Source of the DNA: Octopus sinensis
Taxonomy: Eukaryota
Length of the DNA stretch: 64,000 nt
Direction of reading: 5' to 3'
Assembly (NCBI RefSeq): GCF_006345805.1
Contig: NC_043019.1
Coordinates: 32,115,360 to 32,179,359, forward strand
Shown one piece after another: positions 27,164 through 41,343 of the stretch (positions are counted from its first letter, which is position 1; each line of letters begins with the position of its first letter). The notes under the pieces were generated by a model. It saw only the letters and a program-made list of their open reading frames with translations. It searched no databases and was not told where the DNA came from. The position numbers were made by a program, and so were the translations under genes.

Positions 27164-27765
27164 TATATATATTTGCATGTGTATGTGTGTGTGTGTATAT
27201 ATATGTATATATGTATATATATTTGCATGTGTATGTGTGTGTGTATATATATATATATATGTATATATATTTGCATGTGTATATGTGTGTGTATATATAT
27301 ATATATGTATATATATTTGCATGTGTATATGTGTGAGTATATATATATGTATATATATTTGCATGTGTTATATGTGTGTGTATATATATATATATGTATA
27401 TATATTTGTATGTGTATATGTGTGTATATATATATGTATATATATTTGCATGTGTATGTGTATATATATATGTATATATATTTGCATGTGTATATGTGTG
27501 TGTATATATATATGTATATATATTTGCATGTGTATATGTGTGTGTATATATATATATATGTATATATATTTGCATGTGTATATGTGTGTGTATATATATA
27601 TATGTATATATATTTGCATGTGTATATGTGTGTGTATATATATATGTATATATATTTGCATGTGTATATGTGTGTGTATATATATATATATATGTATATA
27701 TATTTGCATGTGTATATGTGTGTGTGTGTATATATATATATGTATATATATTTGCATGTGTATAT

Positions 27766-27809
<44 letters not shown>

Positions 27810-27845
27810 ACACACACACACACACTCACACATATACATATATAT
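26990..27845. repeat. ~38-40-bp minisatellite (gtatatatatttgcatgtgtatatgtgtgt) plus (TA)n
   Basis: Direct inspection. Confidence 0.9.
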
Positions 27846-27986
27846 TAGAAATGAAATAGGAAATCCTTGGTACAGTATTATATATTTGAAAAAATGGATT
27901 GAAATGGCTTTTCTGATAATTTTTCCACTTTAATAACTAGATGTTTATAAATCATGACTCTGTTGTGAGTTTCTCACTTAAAAGCA

Positions 27987-28031
<45 letters not shown>

Positions 28032-28789
28032 TCTTAGTCTGGGTGAAACAGTATATTTTGTCAGACTAATGATTATAAATAAAATATGGTTTTATTCAGT
28101 CTCAGATGTATTTCTGGGTACTTTATTCTAAGTGGCTGGATATACCTTCTTTAGGGACTTGTCATCCTCTGGAATATGAATATATATCATCGACAACAAC
28201 ATTATCATCATCATCATCATCACCGTCATCATCATTTAGTGTCTGTTTTCCAAGCTGGCATGGGTTGTGTAGTTCGACAGGAGCTGGCAAGCCAGAGGAC
28301 CACACCAGGTTTATATATATCATCATCATCATCATCATCAACATCATCATCGTCGTCGTTTAATGTCCGTTTTCCGCGCTAGCACGGGTTGGACGGTTCG
28401 ACCGGGGTCTAGGAAGCCAGGGGCTGTTCCAGGCTCCAGTCTGATCTGGCAGAGTTTCTACGGCTGGATGCCCTTCCTAATGCCAACCACTCCGCGAGTG
28501 TAATGGGTGCTTTTTACGTGCCACCTGCACAGGTGCCAGGGGGGGGGTCTAGCATCAGCCACGATCGGTTGGAGCTTTTAACGTGCCAGCGGCACGGAAG
28601 CCAGCCAAGGCGGCGCTGGCAACGTTCGGATGGTGCTTTTTATGTGCCACCGGCATAGAAGCCAGTCGGAGCGGCGCTGGCATCGGACACATTCGGATGG
28701 TGCTTTTTATGTGCCACCGGCACAGGGCATCACAACTACTATTTCCATTGATATATATATATATATATATTTTTTTTTTATGCGCCCTT

Positions 28790-29096
28790 TTCAAGCCTAG
28801 CCAGGCTCATGGGCCTGGTTTCCCGGTTTCTGTGGCGTATGTGTTTTCTCCCCCCAGCTGGACGGGACACCAGTCCATCGCAGTGTTACTCAAGAAACAG
28901 GAAGAGATAGAGTGAGAGAAAGTTGGGGGCGAAAGAGTACAACAGGGCTCTCCACCACCCTCTGCCGGAGCCTCGTGGAGCTTTTTTTATGTGTTTTCAC
29001 TCCATAAACATGCACAACGCCCAGTCTGGGAATCGAAAGCGCGATCCTCCGACCGCAAGTCCGCTGCCCTAACCACTTGGCCATTGCGCCTCCACA
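28790..29096 (-). mobile_element. tRNA-derived SINE family E
   Basis: Head gtggaggcgcaatggccMagtggttagggcagcggact. Second copy at 51442-51735 (+). Confidence 0.75.
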
Positions 29097-29835
29097 GTAT
29101 ATATATATATATATATATTTACACACACACACACACACACACACTCCCATACGTATACATGGTGGGTTTCTTTTAGTTTCAATTAAATCCACTTGCAAGT
29201 CTATTGTCGGCCTATGGCTATCTAGGTGTCATGCAGTAGGACTGAACCCAAAACCATGCGGTTGTGAAGCAGACTTCTTAATCATGTTGCCATGCCTCAT
29301 CCGGGTATATATAAAAGGCTATAATGATGATGATGATGATGATGAGATATACATACACACACGCACACAGAAATATGCACATTCATACATAGATAGGCAC
29401 TAACTATTTTACTTCTGCCGATGTTTATATGATCCCCACAGTACCAAGCAGTTAAACTCTGGGATTTGAACTCAGTATAAACAATTGAAATTACAAAAAC
29501 TAATAATAACAATGATAATAATAATCCTTCTTACTGGAAGCACAAAGGCTCAGATTTGGGGGAAGGGATTAAAGCGATTACATCGACCCCAGTACATAAC
29601 TGGTACTTATTTAATTGACCTCGAAAGCATGGAAAACAAAGTCAACCTCGTCGGAATTTGAACTCAGAAGGATTAACAGACGAAATACTGCAGAGGATTT
29701 CGCCCGGTGTGCTAACGACTCTGCCAGTGCACCATCTCAATAATGATAATAATGATGATAATAATAATAATAATAATAATAATACTAATGATATCATTCT
29801 TATTGTTGTTGTTGCTATTCAGATTATCATTTGTT

Positions 29836-29866
<31 letters not shown>

Positions 29867-30062
29867 TTATTGCAGGCAGGAAATATATACAACAGGGTAG
29901 TCGGTACTAACAGTGGGTACCCCTCTAAAAAAAAAGATGCAGTGCATGATGCCGGGTAGACGGTGAGAGACCTGAAGTGCACCAGTTGCACAGGGGGTGG
30001 TTTTGGTAACATGAGCAGGCCTCGTTTGAAGGCTACGGACTGTTGACATGGCTCTCTCTCTC

Positions 30063-30136
<74 letters not shown>

Positions 30137-31232
30137 AGCGGTAGGATCTAGATCATCTGGTTAGGTGTCATATACACTTTACCGAGATGCTTTGTTATTC
30201 TTTTGGCTGTACCGAAGAGCTAGACGTGGGGGGAGAGAGAGACAGGCAGAAAACAGTCTGTGAAAGGAAAATGGTGATGATGATGAGGATGATGATGAGG
30301 ATGATGATGATGATGATGATATATTTTTGATAATAATTTTTTAATAATATAATAAGGATGTTTATTCTTCTTTTATGAAATTAAATAAAATGAAGACTAA
30401 AACAACAAAGAAATTAAAACTGATGAAGAGGAGGAGGAGGATTTTATTTTTAATAATAACAATAATGATGATGATGATAATGATCCTTTCTACTAAAGGT
30501 ACAAAGTCTGAAATTTGGTGGGAGGGGACTAAGTCGATTAGATCGACCCCAGTGTATAACTGGTATTTAATTTATCAACCCCAAAAATGGTAAAAGGCAA
30601 AGTCGACTGCAGCAGAATTTGAACTCAGAATGTGAAAACGGATGTAGGACTTTTAGAGGCATCACCTGCCTAAGTGATTATCGTTTCCAACTAAGAGATT
30701 GAAAATGTTCTTCTCGTATTATTTTGGTCTTTCAAGTTTATCAGTACCATAACTAAAATTTCTTCTTCTTCTTCTAGTTTTTTTTTATTGTCGCCGCCAG
30801 CCTCGCCTGGACCCCGTGCCGGTGGCACATAAAAAGCACCATCCGTTCGTGGCCGTTTGCCAGCTCTGTCTGGCACCTGTGCGGGTGGCACGTAAAAAGC
30901 ACCCACTACACTCACGGAGTGGTTGGCGTTAGGAAGGGCATCCAGCCGTAGAAACACTGCTAGATCTGACTGGGCCTGATGAAGCCTTCTGGCTTCACAG
31001 ACCCCAGTAGAACCGTCCAACCCATGCTAGCATGGAAAGCGGACGCTAAACGATGATGATGATCATCATCATCATCAGCAGCAGCAGCAGTACCGTCAGA
31101 AACAGCAGGTATGCATGGGTGACTGCTGGTCTTCCATAAGCAACCTTGCCCGGACTTGTGCCTCAGACAGAAACTTCCTGGGTGCAATCCCATGGTCATT
31201 CATGACTAAAGGGGGCCTCTTATCTTAATATA

Positions 31233-31648
31233 TATTTCTTTACTGCCCACAAGGTGCTAAACATAGAGGGGACAAACAAGGACAGACAAAGGGATTAAGT
31301 CGATTACATCGACCCCAGTCCGAAACTGGTACTTTATTTATCGACCCCGAAAGGATGAAAGGCAAAGTCAACCTCGGCGGAATTTGAACTCAGAACGCAG
31401 CGGCGGACGAAATACCTATTTCTTTATTACCCACAAGGGGCTAAACACAGAGGGGATAAACAAGGACAGACAAAGGGATTAAGTCGATTACATCGACCCC
31501 AGTGCGAAACTGGTACTTTATTTATCGACCCCGAAAGGATGAAAGGCAAAGTCGACCTCGGCGGAATTTGAACTCAGAACGTAGCGATAGACGAAATACC
31601 GCTAAGCATTTCGCCCGGCACGCTAACGTTTCTGCCAGCTCGCCGCCC
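31233..31648 (-). mobile_element. SINE family B dimer
   Basis: Two central-domain units. Flanked by tatcttaatata on both sides. Confidence 0.85.
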
Positions 31649-31654
31649 TAAAAT

Positions 31655-32005
31655 ATCTTAATATAGGGCACCATCTTAGGGCTCTTATCTTAATATAGGG
31701 CACCAAGGACCTAAATTTTGTCAGGAGAGGCTTAGTCGATTACACCAGCCCCAGTACTTAAAGGGGGCCTCTGATCTTAATATAGGGCACCAAGGACCTG
31801 AATTTTGTCAGGAGAGGCTTAGTCGATTACACCAGCCCCAGTACTTAAAAGGGGCCTCTGATCTTAAGATAGGGCACCAAGGACCTGAATTTTATCAGGA
31901 GAGGCTTAGTCGATTACACCAGCCCCAGTACTTAAAGGGGGCCTCTTATCTTAATATAGGGCACCAAGGACCTAAATTTTGTCGATTACACCAGCCCCAG
32001 TACTT
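31655..32005. repeat. ~88-bp tandem repeat x~4
   Basis: atcttaatatagggcaccaaggacct...gtcgattacaccagccccagtacttaaagggggcctct repeated. Confidence 0.9.
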
Positions 32006-32285
32006 GACTGGTACTTATTTCATTGACCCCGAATGGATATAAGCCAAAATTGATCTCAGTGGAATTTGAACTCTGAACATAAAGACAGACAAATTGCTGC
32101 TAAACATTTTGTCCGGAGTTCTAACAATTCTGCCAGCTCACTGCCTGAAATCGTTGGAAAACTGTAATAATTCCTATCATAGGTACAAGGCCAGGATTTC
32201 TCCATTTATTTATTTAATTTTTTTTTTGAAGAGGAGGAGGAGGCTGGTTGATTATATTGGCTCTGCTGTATTACTGGTATCTATT

Positions 32286-32510
32286 TAACCCTTTAGTATT
32301 TAAACCGGCCATATCCGGCCAAAATATTTAATCTGTTTTATGCTCAAACTGACCAGATCCAGGCTCTCACACCTACCCTACAATGTTATTCTACATTAAG
32401 TAATTACACCATCAAGATCTTGAAGATATGAGATAATGCATGATTAATTCAAATCAATGGAATCAATAAGCATTATGTTTGATAGAATAATCTGAACACT
32501 AAAGGGTTAA
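32286..32510. mobile_element. piggyBac-like MITE
   Basis: TTAA-CCCTTTAG...CTAAAGGG-TTAA termini. Diverged fragments at about 2600-2730, 4020-4160 and 61545-61650. Confidence 0.75.
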
Positions 32511-32908
32511 TGAATCCTAGAAGAATGAAGAGCAAAGTGAACCCTCATAATAACGCAGGGGTGTTGGTTAGGCGGTGGTGATTGGGAGTAACGGCGGCAG
32601 TCGGCGAGGAGGCTCTATGTGAGAAGCGACGTTACTTAAGAGTTTGATCTATTTGGAAGGAACCACATTTTCGGTAAATTGCATATCATTTGAAAAGAAT
32701 TACTGTGGAAATGAATAAAGAAATAAATAAAATAAGTAAATGAATAAATAAATAAGTCAATAAATATATATCAAAAAAAAAAGGAAAAAGGAAAGAAAAG
32801 CCCTCACGCCAAAAACATTGCAAAGTAATTAAGACGGAAAGGAAATTATGTTAGTAATGAGACTTCACAATTGAGACCAAGATGAAGGAGAAGGCGGTGG
32901 TGGTAATG

Positions 32909-32956
<48 letters not shown>

Positions 32957-33084
32957 TATTTTCAAAGATGTAAAGAAAATTAAGAGGAAACTGAAATGGG
33001 TTCTGTGCAAAGAAAAAAATTTTTTTTTTTTTTTGAAGGAGAGGAAAAAAAAAAATCTTTTAAAAAGATGGAAAAGGAGTGAGT

Positions 33085-33588
33085 TGTATATGTGTGTGTG
33101 TATGTGTATGCATATATATGTGTGTGTGTGTATATATATATATATATGTGTGTGTATATATGTATATATTATATATATGTATATATATATGTGTATATAT
33201 ATATGTATGTATATATGATGTATGTATGTATATAGTATGTATGTATGTATGTATGTATATATATGTATATATGTATGTATATATATGTATATATGTATAT
33301 AATGTATGTATATATGTATGTATATATTATATATATATATGTATGTATATTATAATATGGTATTATATGTGTATATGTATATATGTATGTGTATAATAGT
33401 ATATATGTATATGTATGTATGTATGTATTATGTATATATGTATATATGTATGTATATATGTATATATGTATGTATATATGTATATATGTATGTATATATG
33501 TATATATGTATGTATATATGTATGTATATATGTATATATATGTATGTATGTATATGTATATATATGTATGTATATATATATATATATG

Positions 33589-33631
<43 letters not shown>

Positions 33632-33635
33632 ATTC
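33085..33635. repeat. TA/TATG microsatellite field
   Basis: Direct inspection. Confidence 0.9.
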
Positions 33636-34597
33636 TTTATGCAGTGGAAATAAATGTTGTCGGAGGAACTCTATTTGCGAATCTAATAGGGAATTGATGT
33701 AAGTTGACTAGATTCCACAAAAGACACTGTTAATTTAGAAATTTTTGAAATACAGTCATAAGTGTAACTGTCAGGAAAAAAACCCCCCAAAAAACAAAAA
33801 AAACAAGGCAGCACATTTATGTACATGTGTGTATATGTGAGTGCGTGTATGTATATGTATGCACACATTCACAATCCTCTATGTATGTATGTATGTATGT
33901 GTGAAATATGTATTAACCAAATTCTTCCAGTTAAAAAACAACCTCCAGTCTCCACAACATCTGAAGTTCTGTTTATACCCTTTCAAGTTCTATAGTTACT
34001 CTAGCCATAAATCCTGCTTTTTTTCAAACGTCTGTCTGCCAGTTTTAGGCCCTACTTCCTGATTTTTATTACCGAATTTATGGCACAGTTAAATGCCAGT
34101 ATTGGAAAATCATTGAACATTGGGACAAAATTTAAGTACCTTGCCTATCTATGTATGCATTACAACCTTCCAGTGTGGAAATCTTTGCGCCCCTTTCTCT
34201 GAAGTCTGCCACCACTGCCACCACCACCATCACCCCCCCCACACCATTTTGAAGAACAAGAGGAAGAATTTCTGTATATGCCTTGATCTTTTCTTTAGCT
34301 TTTTGTTTGTTTGTTTTTTTTTGTTTTTTTTTTTTGCTTTTTACTTGTTTCAGTCATTAGGCTGTGGCCATACTGGGGCACTGCCTTGAAGGGTTTCAGT
34401 CAGACAAATCAACTCCAAGTGTTAAGTGGTGATGGTATTGGTAGACAAATACAATTGCGTACACACACACACTTACTCGTACACACATTCATGTACATAT
34501 CTATATTTGAGTGTGTGTGTATATGTATGTGTGTGTGTGTGTAGATATATATATATATATATATAGGTAAGGAAAAATTAAACCCCACTATTTATTG

Positions 34598-34636
<39 letters not shown>

Positions 34637-36530
34637 GGCATGGCTGTGTGGTAAGCAATTTGCTTCCCAACTACATGGCTCCATGTTCAATCCCACTGCG
34701 CGGCACCTTGGGCTACTGTCTTCTACTGTAGCCTTGCACTGACCAAAGCCTTATGAATGGATTTGGTATACGGGAACTGAAAAGAAGCCCATTGTGTGTG
34801 TGTGTGTGTATGTATGTGCGTGTATATGTTTGTGTGTCTGTGTTTGTCCCCCCCAACATCACTTGACAACCGATGCTGGTGTGTTTATGTCCCCGTAACT
34901 TAGCGGTTTGGCAAAATGGACCGATAGAATAAGTACTAACCTTCCAAAGAATGAGTCCTAGGCGGTGCTCCAGCATGGCCGCTGTCACATGACTGAAACA
35001 AGTAAAAGAGTAACTGAACGCCACACATCCCAACTTTTGCTAACGGTAAGTTTTCATCTGAAGACCCTCTTTGGTCATGAATGATCATGGGATTGCATCT
35101 AGAAAGCTTCCCTTCGAGGCGCAAGCCCAGGAAAACTTGTTTATGGAAGATTAGCAGTCGCCCATGCATACCAGCCTCTGATACAGCTTGGCACTAGTGA
35201 TGCCATAACTCATTTCTACAGCCGAGTGAGCTGAAGTAATGTGAAGTAAAGTGTCTTGCTCAAGAACACAACACACAGCCCAGTCCTGGAATCGAACTCG
35301 GGATATAAGGATTGCCATTTGGCATTAATGGTGTTTTGAATGACCATAGAAAGTGCGAGCCCTCTAACTGAAAAATTGTGGATTTGTATAAAGGATACAC
35401 ACACAGACAGACATTTTGCTGCTTATATATATAGAGATTTTAATTGGGGAATAAAAAATAAAAAGGAAAAACCCCAAAAACTATAAAAGGGAAAACGTAC
35501 TTAGATTTAACACCGAATTAGGGGTGCGATTTATACACAGAGCTAAAACCTCTGAAAGGAAAAGAACAAACGTAGCAAGATTTATGCGAATTTAGGGGTG
35601 CGGCTTATACACGAGTAAATACGCTAAATAAAAAGTTCATTGTTCCCTATTGTTTTGGCTGATTCATCATTGCTCTCCCTCTCTCTCTCCTTTCTTCCTT
35701 TCTCCTTTCCTCTCCCTTCTCTCTCTCCTTTCTTCCTTTCTCTCTCCTTTCCTCTCCCTTCTCTCTCTCCGTTGACAATCCCAGAAACGACTGAAGCTAA
35801 TCGTTTCAATTTCTTTATATTTACTTAAATCAACTATTACGAAGCATTTTTTTTTACTTTGTTCATCGAAGTTTTCTTTGTTTTTTTTTGTTTTTTGTTT
35901 TTTCAAATCTATCTATTTAATTTACTTGCTTTCATTTTTTTACTTTTGGTTGTCTTCGCTGAAGTTTTAAGTACAAAGCCCAGCTTTATATATTTTATTA
36001 TCTGCTGACTGGCGGGTGACCTACGGGGTTAAAGCTAAAAATGAAATTGGATATGTAAAGAAAGATTTCTTTTCGTTTTCGGTCGTTTAACTTTACTGTT
36101 TGATTTGGATCAAATATAAAATCAGCATGTGTGTTTTTTTACACGTGTGAGGGTAGAGAGAGAAGGAGAGCTTGTGTGTGTGTGTGTGTGTGTGTGAGAC
36201 GACCCTTATATAATTCAATTCGTTTTTTTTTTTTAATCTTTAAATAGACTTTCCTAATGGTTTGGGTGGATCTTTGAGTTGACTTTTCAAACTAAACAGC
36301 GGGGCACTAAATATGTTGAATGTTTTGCTACTAACACCTGCTGAAATCCTTTTTTTTTAATTTCTCCAGGGACGTTTTTGTGTCCATTGTTGGCAAAGGT
36401 CCGTTCAATCGAAAGCAACAGAGGAGCTGTTTCAATTGCTTTCACTCTGAAACAAAAAAGAGAACTTTACATTGTGCACACTCGTGCACGGTGGACGTAG
36501 ACTAACAAGACTAGTGAGACCGAACGGATC

Positions 36531-36748
36531 TACGAGTGGGTACTAAGTTCCCAGCTTTAGGTAAAAGAAAATACAGAAGGACCGGTTAATTATGATTTTA
36601 TCCAACGTATTTCCCCTCTGAGATTCACACACTTATTGCAGCGGTCCTTCAGTTTTACTAAGCCCTGTAAAAGAACTCGGAAGGTTGGCCCCCAACCAGG
36701 CCTTTCGCGACACCCTTAAAGCCAGGAACTTCTCAGCACTCCTTTGTA
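36531..36748 (-). mobile_element. Mariner-derived MITE (~215 bp)
   Basis: Imperfect TIRs with TA ends. Minus strand retains a transposase C-terminus (...LKDRCNKCVNLRGKYVG*). Copies at about 45430-45653 and 58031-58268. Confidence 0.75.
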
Positions 36749-38427
36749 CTCTGAGTTTGTTTTTCTAAGTAGGAGGAGAGAAACTGGCTGAGGGCACTTC
36801 CCATCCCTTGGGGATAGCAGAGTAATACGAGTCTTTTGCGTGGGTTTACCCCGAATTACCCTGAGAATTACCCCCAGCTCTTGGGGACTATTTATTTATT
36901 AACTATTTGTCTCTCTAACTTCTATTTGTATATCTTTCGTTATATCCCTTAAGGCGCATGGCTCAGTGGTTAGAGTGTCGGGCTCACAGTCATGAGGTAG
37001 TGAGTTTGCTTCCCGGATCAGGCTGTGTTGTGCACTTGAGCAAGGTACTTTATTTTCCCGTTGCTCCAGTTCACTCAGCTGTATCGGCTTTTGCCTTTCC
37101 TTTGGATAACGACGGTGGCGTGGAGAAGGGAGGCTGCTGGTTTTCCATAAACAGAGGTGCAAACCCATGGTCATTCATGACCGAAGAGGGTCTTTATCCT
37201 GTACAGGATATTGGGTAAAGGCGACTTTTTTTTTACTTGCGGTACACTTATATTCTTTTTAAAATTCGGTGACACACCTGAACTTAAAAATATAACTAAA
37301 CGTGTAGGGAAAAAAAATTATATTCAGGCTCCACTGCACCACACCTAGCATAGTCTCGCGGCACACCAGCGTGCCTCGGCATATCGGTTGCGCAGCACTA
37401 ATATAAGGTAAATACTGTAGTGGCTCCCGCAGATCGATGTAAACACCACCGGAAGTTCTTGTTGACAAACAACAGCAGTAATTTTATTCAGCTGAATACA
37501 CGTCATTGATTGGTTGAAATTACCGAAATAGGACAACTTTAACGTGAAATAACTTCGTAAATATAAGTTTTTCTCAAAAATTCCTAGAATAAAAGATGTT
37601 TTATATGACACATTCTACCAGTGTCCAAAGTTTGAAAGTGTTTAGTAACAAAAAAATATTTTTTAAATCTGTAGGTCAAAAGGTAAAGATCCTAATCACC
37701 ACCTGTTATATCTCATCCTTTGATATTGTCCTCCGTGTCTTGGGCCCTTTGTGGCCAGTAAAAGAAATCCTTATAATTCTGCTTGTCATTCCATTAGTAA
37801 ATTAGCAATTGCATTTTGCTCCGTTGGGCACTTGTCTCTAAAAATTGGTTTAAGAAGCCGGCGGGTTGGCAGTATCGTCAACGCCGGGCAAAATGCCTCG
37901 CGGCATTTTTTTTTTCGGTTTTACGGTTTGATTTCAAATTTCGCTGAGGTCTCGACTTTCCCTTTCGTCCTTCCAGGATCGGTAAAATAAATACCAGTCA
38001 AGCACTGGGGTCGACGTAACTGACTAATCCCCGTCCCCACACCCCCAAATTTCACGCCTATTATAGAAATGATTATTTTTTTTCAAATGTTGGCTCAAGG
38101 TACTCTACTTTATCGACACCACAAGGATGAAAGTCAAGCAGTGGGGTCGATGTTATCGACTAAGTCTCTCCCCTAGTTTCAGGCCTTGTGCCCACAGTAT
38201 AAAGGATTATTAAGGCGGCGAGCTGGCTGAATCGTTAAGCACGCCGAACGAAATGCTTAGCAGTATTTTGTCCGTTTTCACGCACTGAGTTCGAATTTCG
38301 TCACAGTCGACTTTGCCTTTCAGCCTTTCGAGGTCGATGAAATAAGCACTAGTTGAGTACTGGGGTCGATGAAATCGACTAGTCCTTTCCCACCAAAATT
38401 TCAGGCCTTGTGCATTTAATAGAAAGG

Positions 38428-38477
<50 letters not shown>

Positions 38478-39231
38478 AAATAAAATACTTCCTATCATCA
38501 TCAGTTTTAATTCCCTTGTTTTAAACCTTAATTTTATCTAACTTCACACAAACAAGAATAAACATCCTTATTATATCACTCTTTTACTTGTTTCAGTCAT
38601 TTGACTGCGGGCCATGCTGGATCACCGCCTTTAGTCGAGCAAATCGACCCCCAGGACTTATTCTTTGTAAAGCCTAGTACTTGTTCTATCGGCCTCTTTT
38701 GCCGAACTGCTAAGTTACGGGGACGTAAACACACCAGCATAGGTTGGTGGGGAACAAACGCACACAAACATATACATATTCCACTCAGAAGCCCGAGGCT
38801 ATAGTAGAAGACATTTGACCGAGGTACAACGCAGTGGGACTGAACCCGGAACCATATGGTTGGTAAGCAAGCTACTAACCACACAGCCACTCCTGCGCCT
38901 ATCTGTTTGTCCCCTCCCACCGTAGCTTGACAACCGATGTTGGTGTGTTTACATCCCTATAACTTAGCGGCTTGGCAAAGAGATCGATTGAATAAGTACT
39001 AGGCTTACAAAGAATGTCCTGTGGTCGATTTGTTCGACTATATACGGTGCTCCAGTATGGCCGCAGTCAAATGACTGAAACATGGAACAGAATATATATG
39101 TATAATGTATTCTTTTAATTTTTCTGCCCGAAGTTTGTAGCCATGCTGGGGCACCGATATACACATGAACGTATATAAATACACATGCACATGTACACAT
39201 ACGTACATATACATACATACCTACATAGTGA

Positions 39232-39646
39232 AGGCGGCGAGCTGACAGAAACGTTAGTACGCCGGGCGAAATGCTTAGTGGTATTTCGTCTGCCGTTACG
39301 TTCTGGGTTCAAATTCCGCCGAGGTCGACTTTGCCTTTCATCCTTTCGGGGTTGATTAAATAAGTACCAGTTATGCACTGTGGTCGATATAATCGACTTA
39401 ATCCGTCTGTCTGTCCTTGTTTGTCCTCTCTGTGTTTAGCCCCTTGTGGGTAGTAAAGAAATAGGTATTTCGTCTGCCGTTACGTTCTAAGTTCAAATTC
39501 CGCCGAGGTCGACTGTGCCTTTCATCCTTTCGGGGTCGATAAATTAAGTACCAGTTACGCACTGGGGTCGATGTAATCGACTTGATCCGTTTGTCTGTCC
39601 TTGTTTGTCTCCTCTGTGTTTAGCCCCTTGTGGGTAGTAAGGAAAT
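39232..39646 (+). mobile_element. SINE family B dimer
   Basis: Same dimer junction (aaagaaataggtatttcgtctgcc) as other copies. Confidence 0.85.
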
Positions 39647-39841
39647 ATATATATACATACATATAAAACCTCCCACACATTTCTAATACACAGATACAAT
39701 AAAGGAATGTTTGAGTGCGTGCGCGCGCTAGTGTGTGTGTGGGCGTAGGTCGTTAGTTAAGAGACAAAGAAATGTTTGTTTCTTGTCTCACCCATTACGA
39801 CACTTGCAGTCACAGATTGCCGGCTCAGGTCGTACCGCAAA

Positions 39842-39941
39842 NNNNNNNNNNNNNNNNNNNNNNNNNNNNNNNNNNNNNNNNNNNNNNNNNNNNNNNNNNN
39901 NNNNNNNNNNNNNNNNNNNNNNNNNNNNNNNNNNNNNNNNN
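39842..39941. other. Assembly gap (100 N)
   Basis: Run of N. Adjacency across it is not guaranteed. Confidence 0.99.
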
Positions 39942-40179
39942 CACCTGAAACAGGTAAGAACAAATATGCAAAGGCTTTTTTTTCTTTCTTCACGTTTAAA
40001 AAGAGACATTGCTGGTATAATTTCGTTATATCTATATACCACAACCCACGGAAATAGCCGAAGTGAAATGTTTTGATTTTGTCGAGTTATATCGAAAGAG
40101 TGCCTTCAAACTAATACATTTTTTTAAAGCAGAGCCTGTTTGATAGTTATTAACCCACTTAAAATACTTATAATATATA

Positions 40180-40351
40180 TAGGCGCAGGAGTGGCTGTGT
40201 GGTAAGTAGCTTGTTTACCAACCACATGGTTCCGGGGTTCAGTCCCACTGCGTGGCACCTTGGGCAAGTGTCTTCTACTATAGCTCGGGGCCGACCAAAG
40301 CCTTGTGAGTGGATTGGTAGACGGAACTGAAAGAAGCCCGTCGTATATATG

Positions 40352-40397
<46 letters not shown>

Positions 40398-40612
40398 TAT
40401 ATATGTGTGTGTTGTCTGTCTATGTTTGTCCCCCTAGCATTGCTTGACAACCGATGCTGGTGTGTTTATGTCCCCGTTAGCGGTTCGGCCAAAGAGACCG
40501 ATAGAATAAGTACTGGGCTTACAAAAGAATAAGTCCCGGGGTCGAGTTGCTCGATTAAAGGCGGTGCTCCAGCATGCCGCAGTCAAATGACTGAAACAAG
40601 TAAAAGAGAAAA
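40180..40612 (+). mobile_element. SINE family A, full length
   Basis: Matches the family A consensus. Confidence 0.9.
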
Positions 40613-40714
40613 AGAGAAAGAGAAAGAGGATATCATGTTGTAAACCATTTTACATTATAATTATCGGAAGAAAATTCGGCGAAGGGAAGCAAAGAACACG
40701 ATTTAAAAGATACT

Positions 40715-41343
40715 CTCTTTACTCTCCTTTACTTGTTTGTCATTTGACTGCGGCCATGCTGGAGCACCGCCTTTTAGTCGAGCACATCGACCCCGGGACT
40801 TATTCTTTGTCAGCCCAGTACTTATTCTATCGGTCTCTTTTGCCCAACCGCTAAGTGACGGGGACGTAAACACACCAGCATCGGTTGTCAAGCAATGCTA
40901 GGGGGACAAACACAGACACACAAATACACATACACACACACTTATATATATATATAACATATATACGACAGGCTTCTTTCAGTTTCCGTCTATCAAATCC
41001 ACTCACAAGGCATTGGTCGGCCCGAGGGTATAGCAGAAGACACTTGCCCAAGATGCCACGCAGTGGGACTGAACCCGGAACCATGCGGTTGGTTAGTGAC
41101 GGGGACGTAAACACACCAGCATCGGTTGTCAAACAATGCTAGGGGAACAAACACAGACACACAAACACATACATATATACGACAGGCTTCTTTCAGTTTC
41201 CGTCTACCAAATCCACTCACAAGGCATTGGTCGGCTCGGGGCTATAGCAGAAGACACTTGCCCAAGATGCCACGCAGTGGGACTGAACCCGGAACCATGT
41301 GGTTGGTTAGCAAGCTACTTACCACACAGCCACTCCTGCGCCT
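40715..41343 (-). mobile_element. SINE family A with internal duplication
   Basis: Central ~240 bp repeated (40855-41095 and 41095-41343). Confidence 0.85.

Noticed and set aside
26936-27933. Overlapping 150-290 aa ORFs
   Set aside because: TA/TG minisatellite artefacts. The same applies to 60018-60709 and other YIYI/CVCV ORFs.
29867-30049. 60-aa minus-strand ORF with gccATG
   Set aside because: No recognisable domain or convincing splice sites.
30976-31000. CTGATGA followed by a small stem
   Set aside because: No GAAA follows. Likewise CTGATGAG at about 53010 has no stem II or GAAA.
39735-40076. ORFs spanning the N run
   Set aside because: Artefacts of the assembly gap.
40180-40255. tRNA-like sequences
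   Set aside because: They are heads of multi-copy SINEs continuing into SINE bodies, not tRNA genes.
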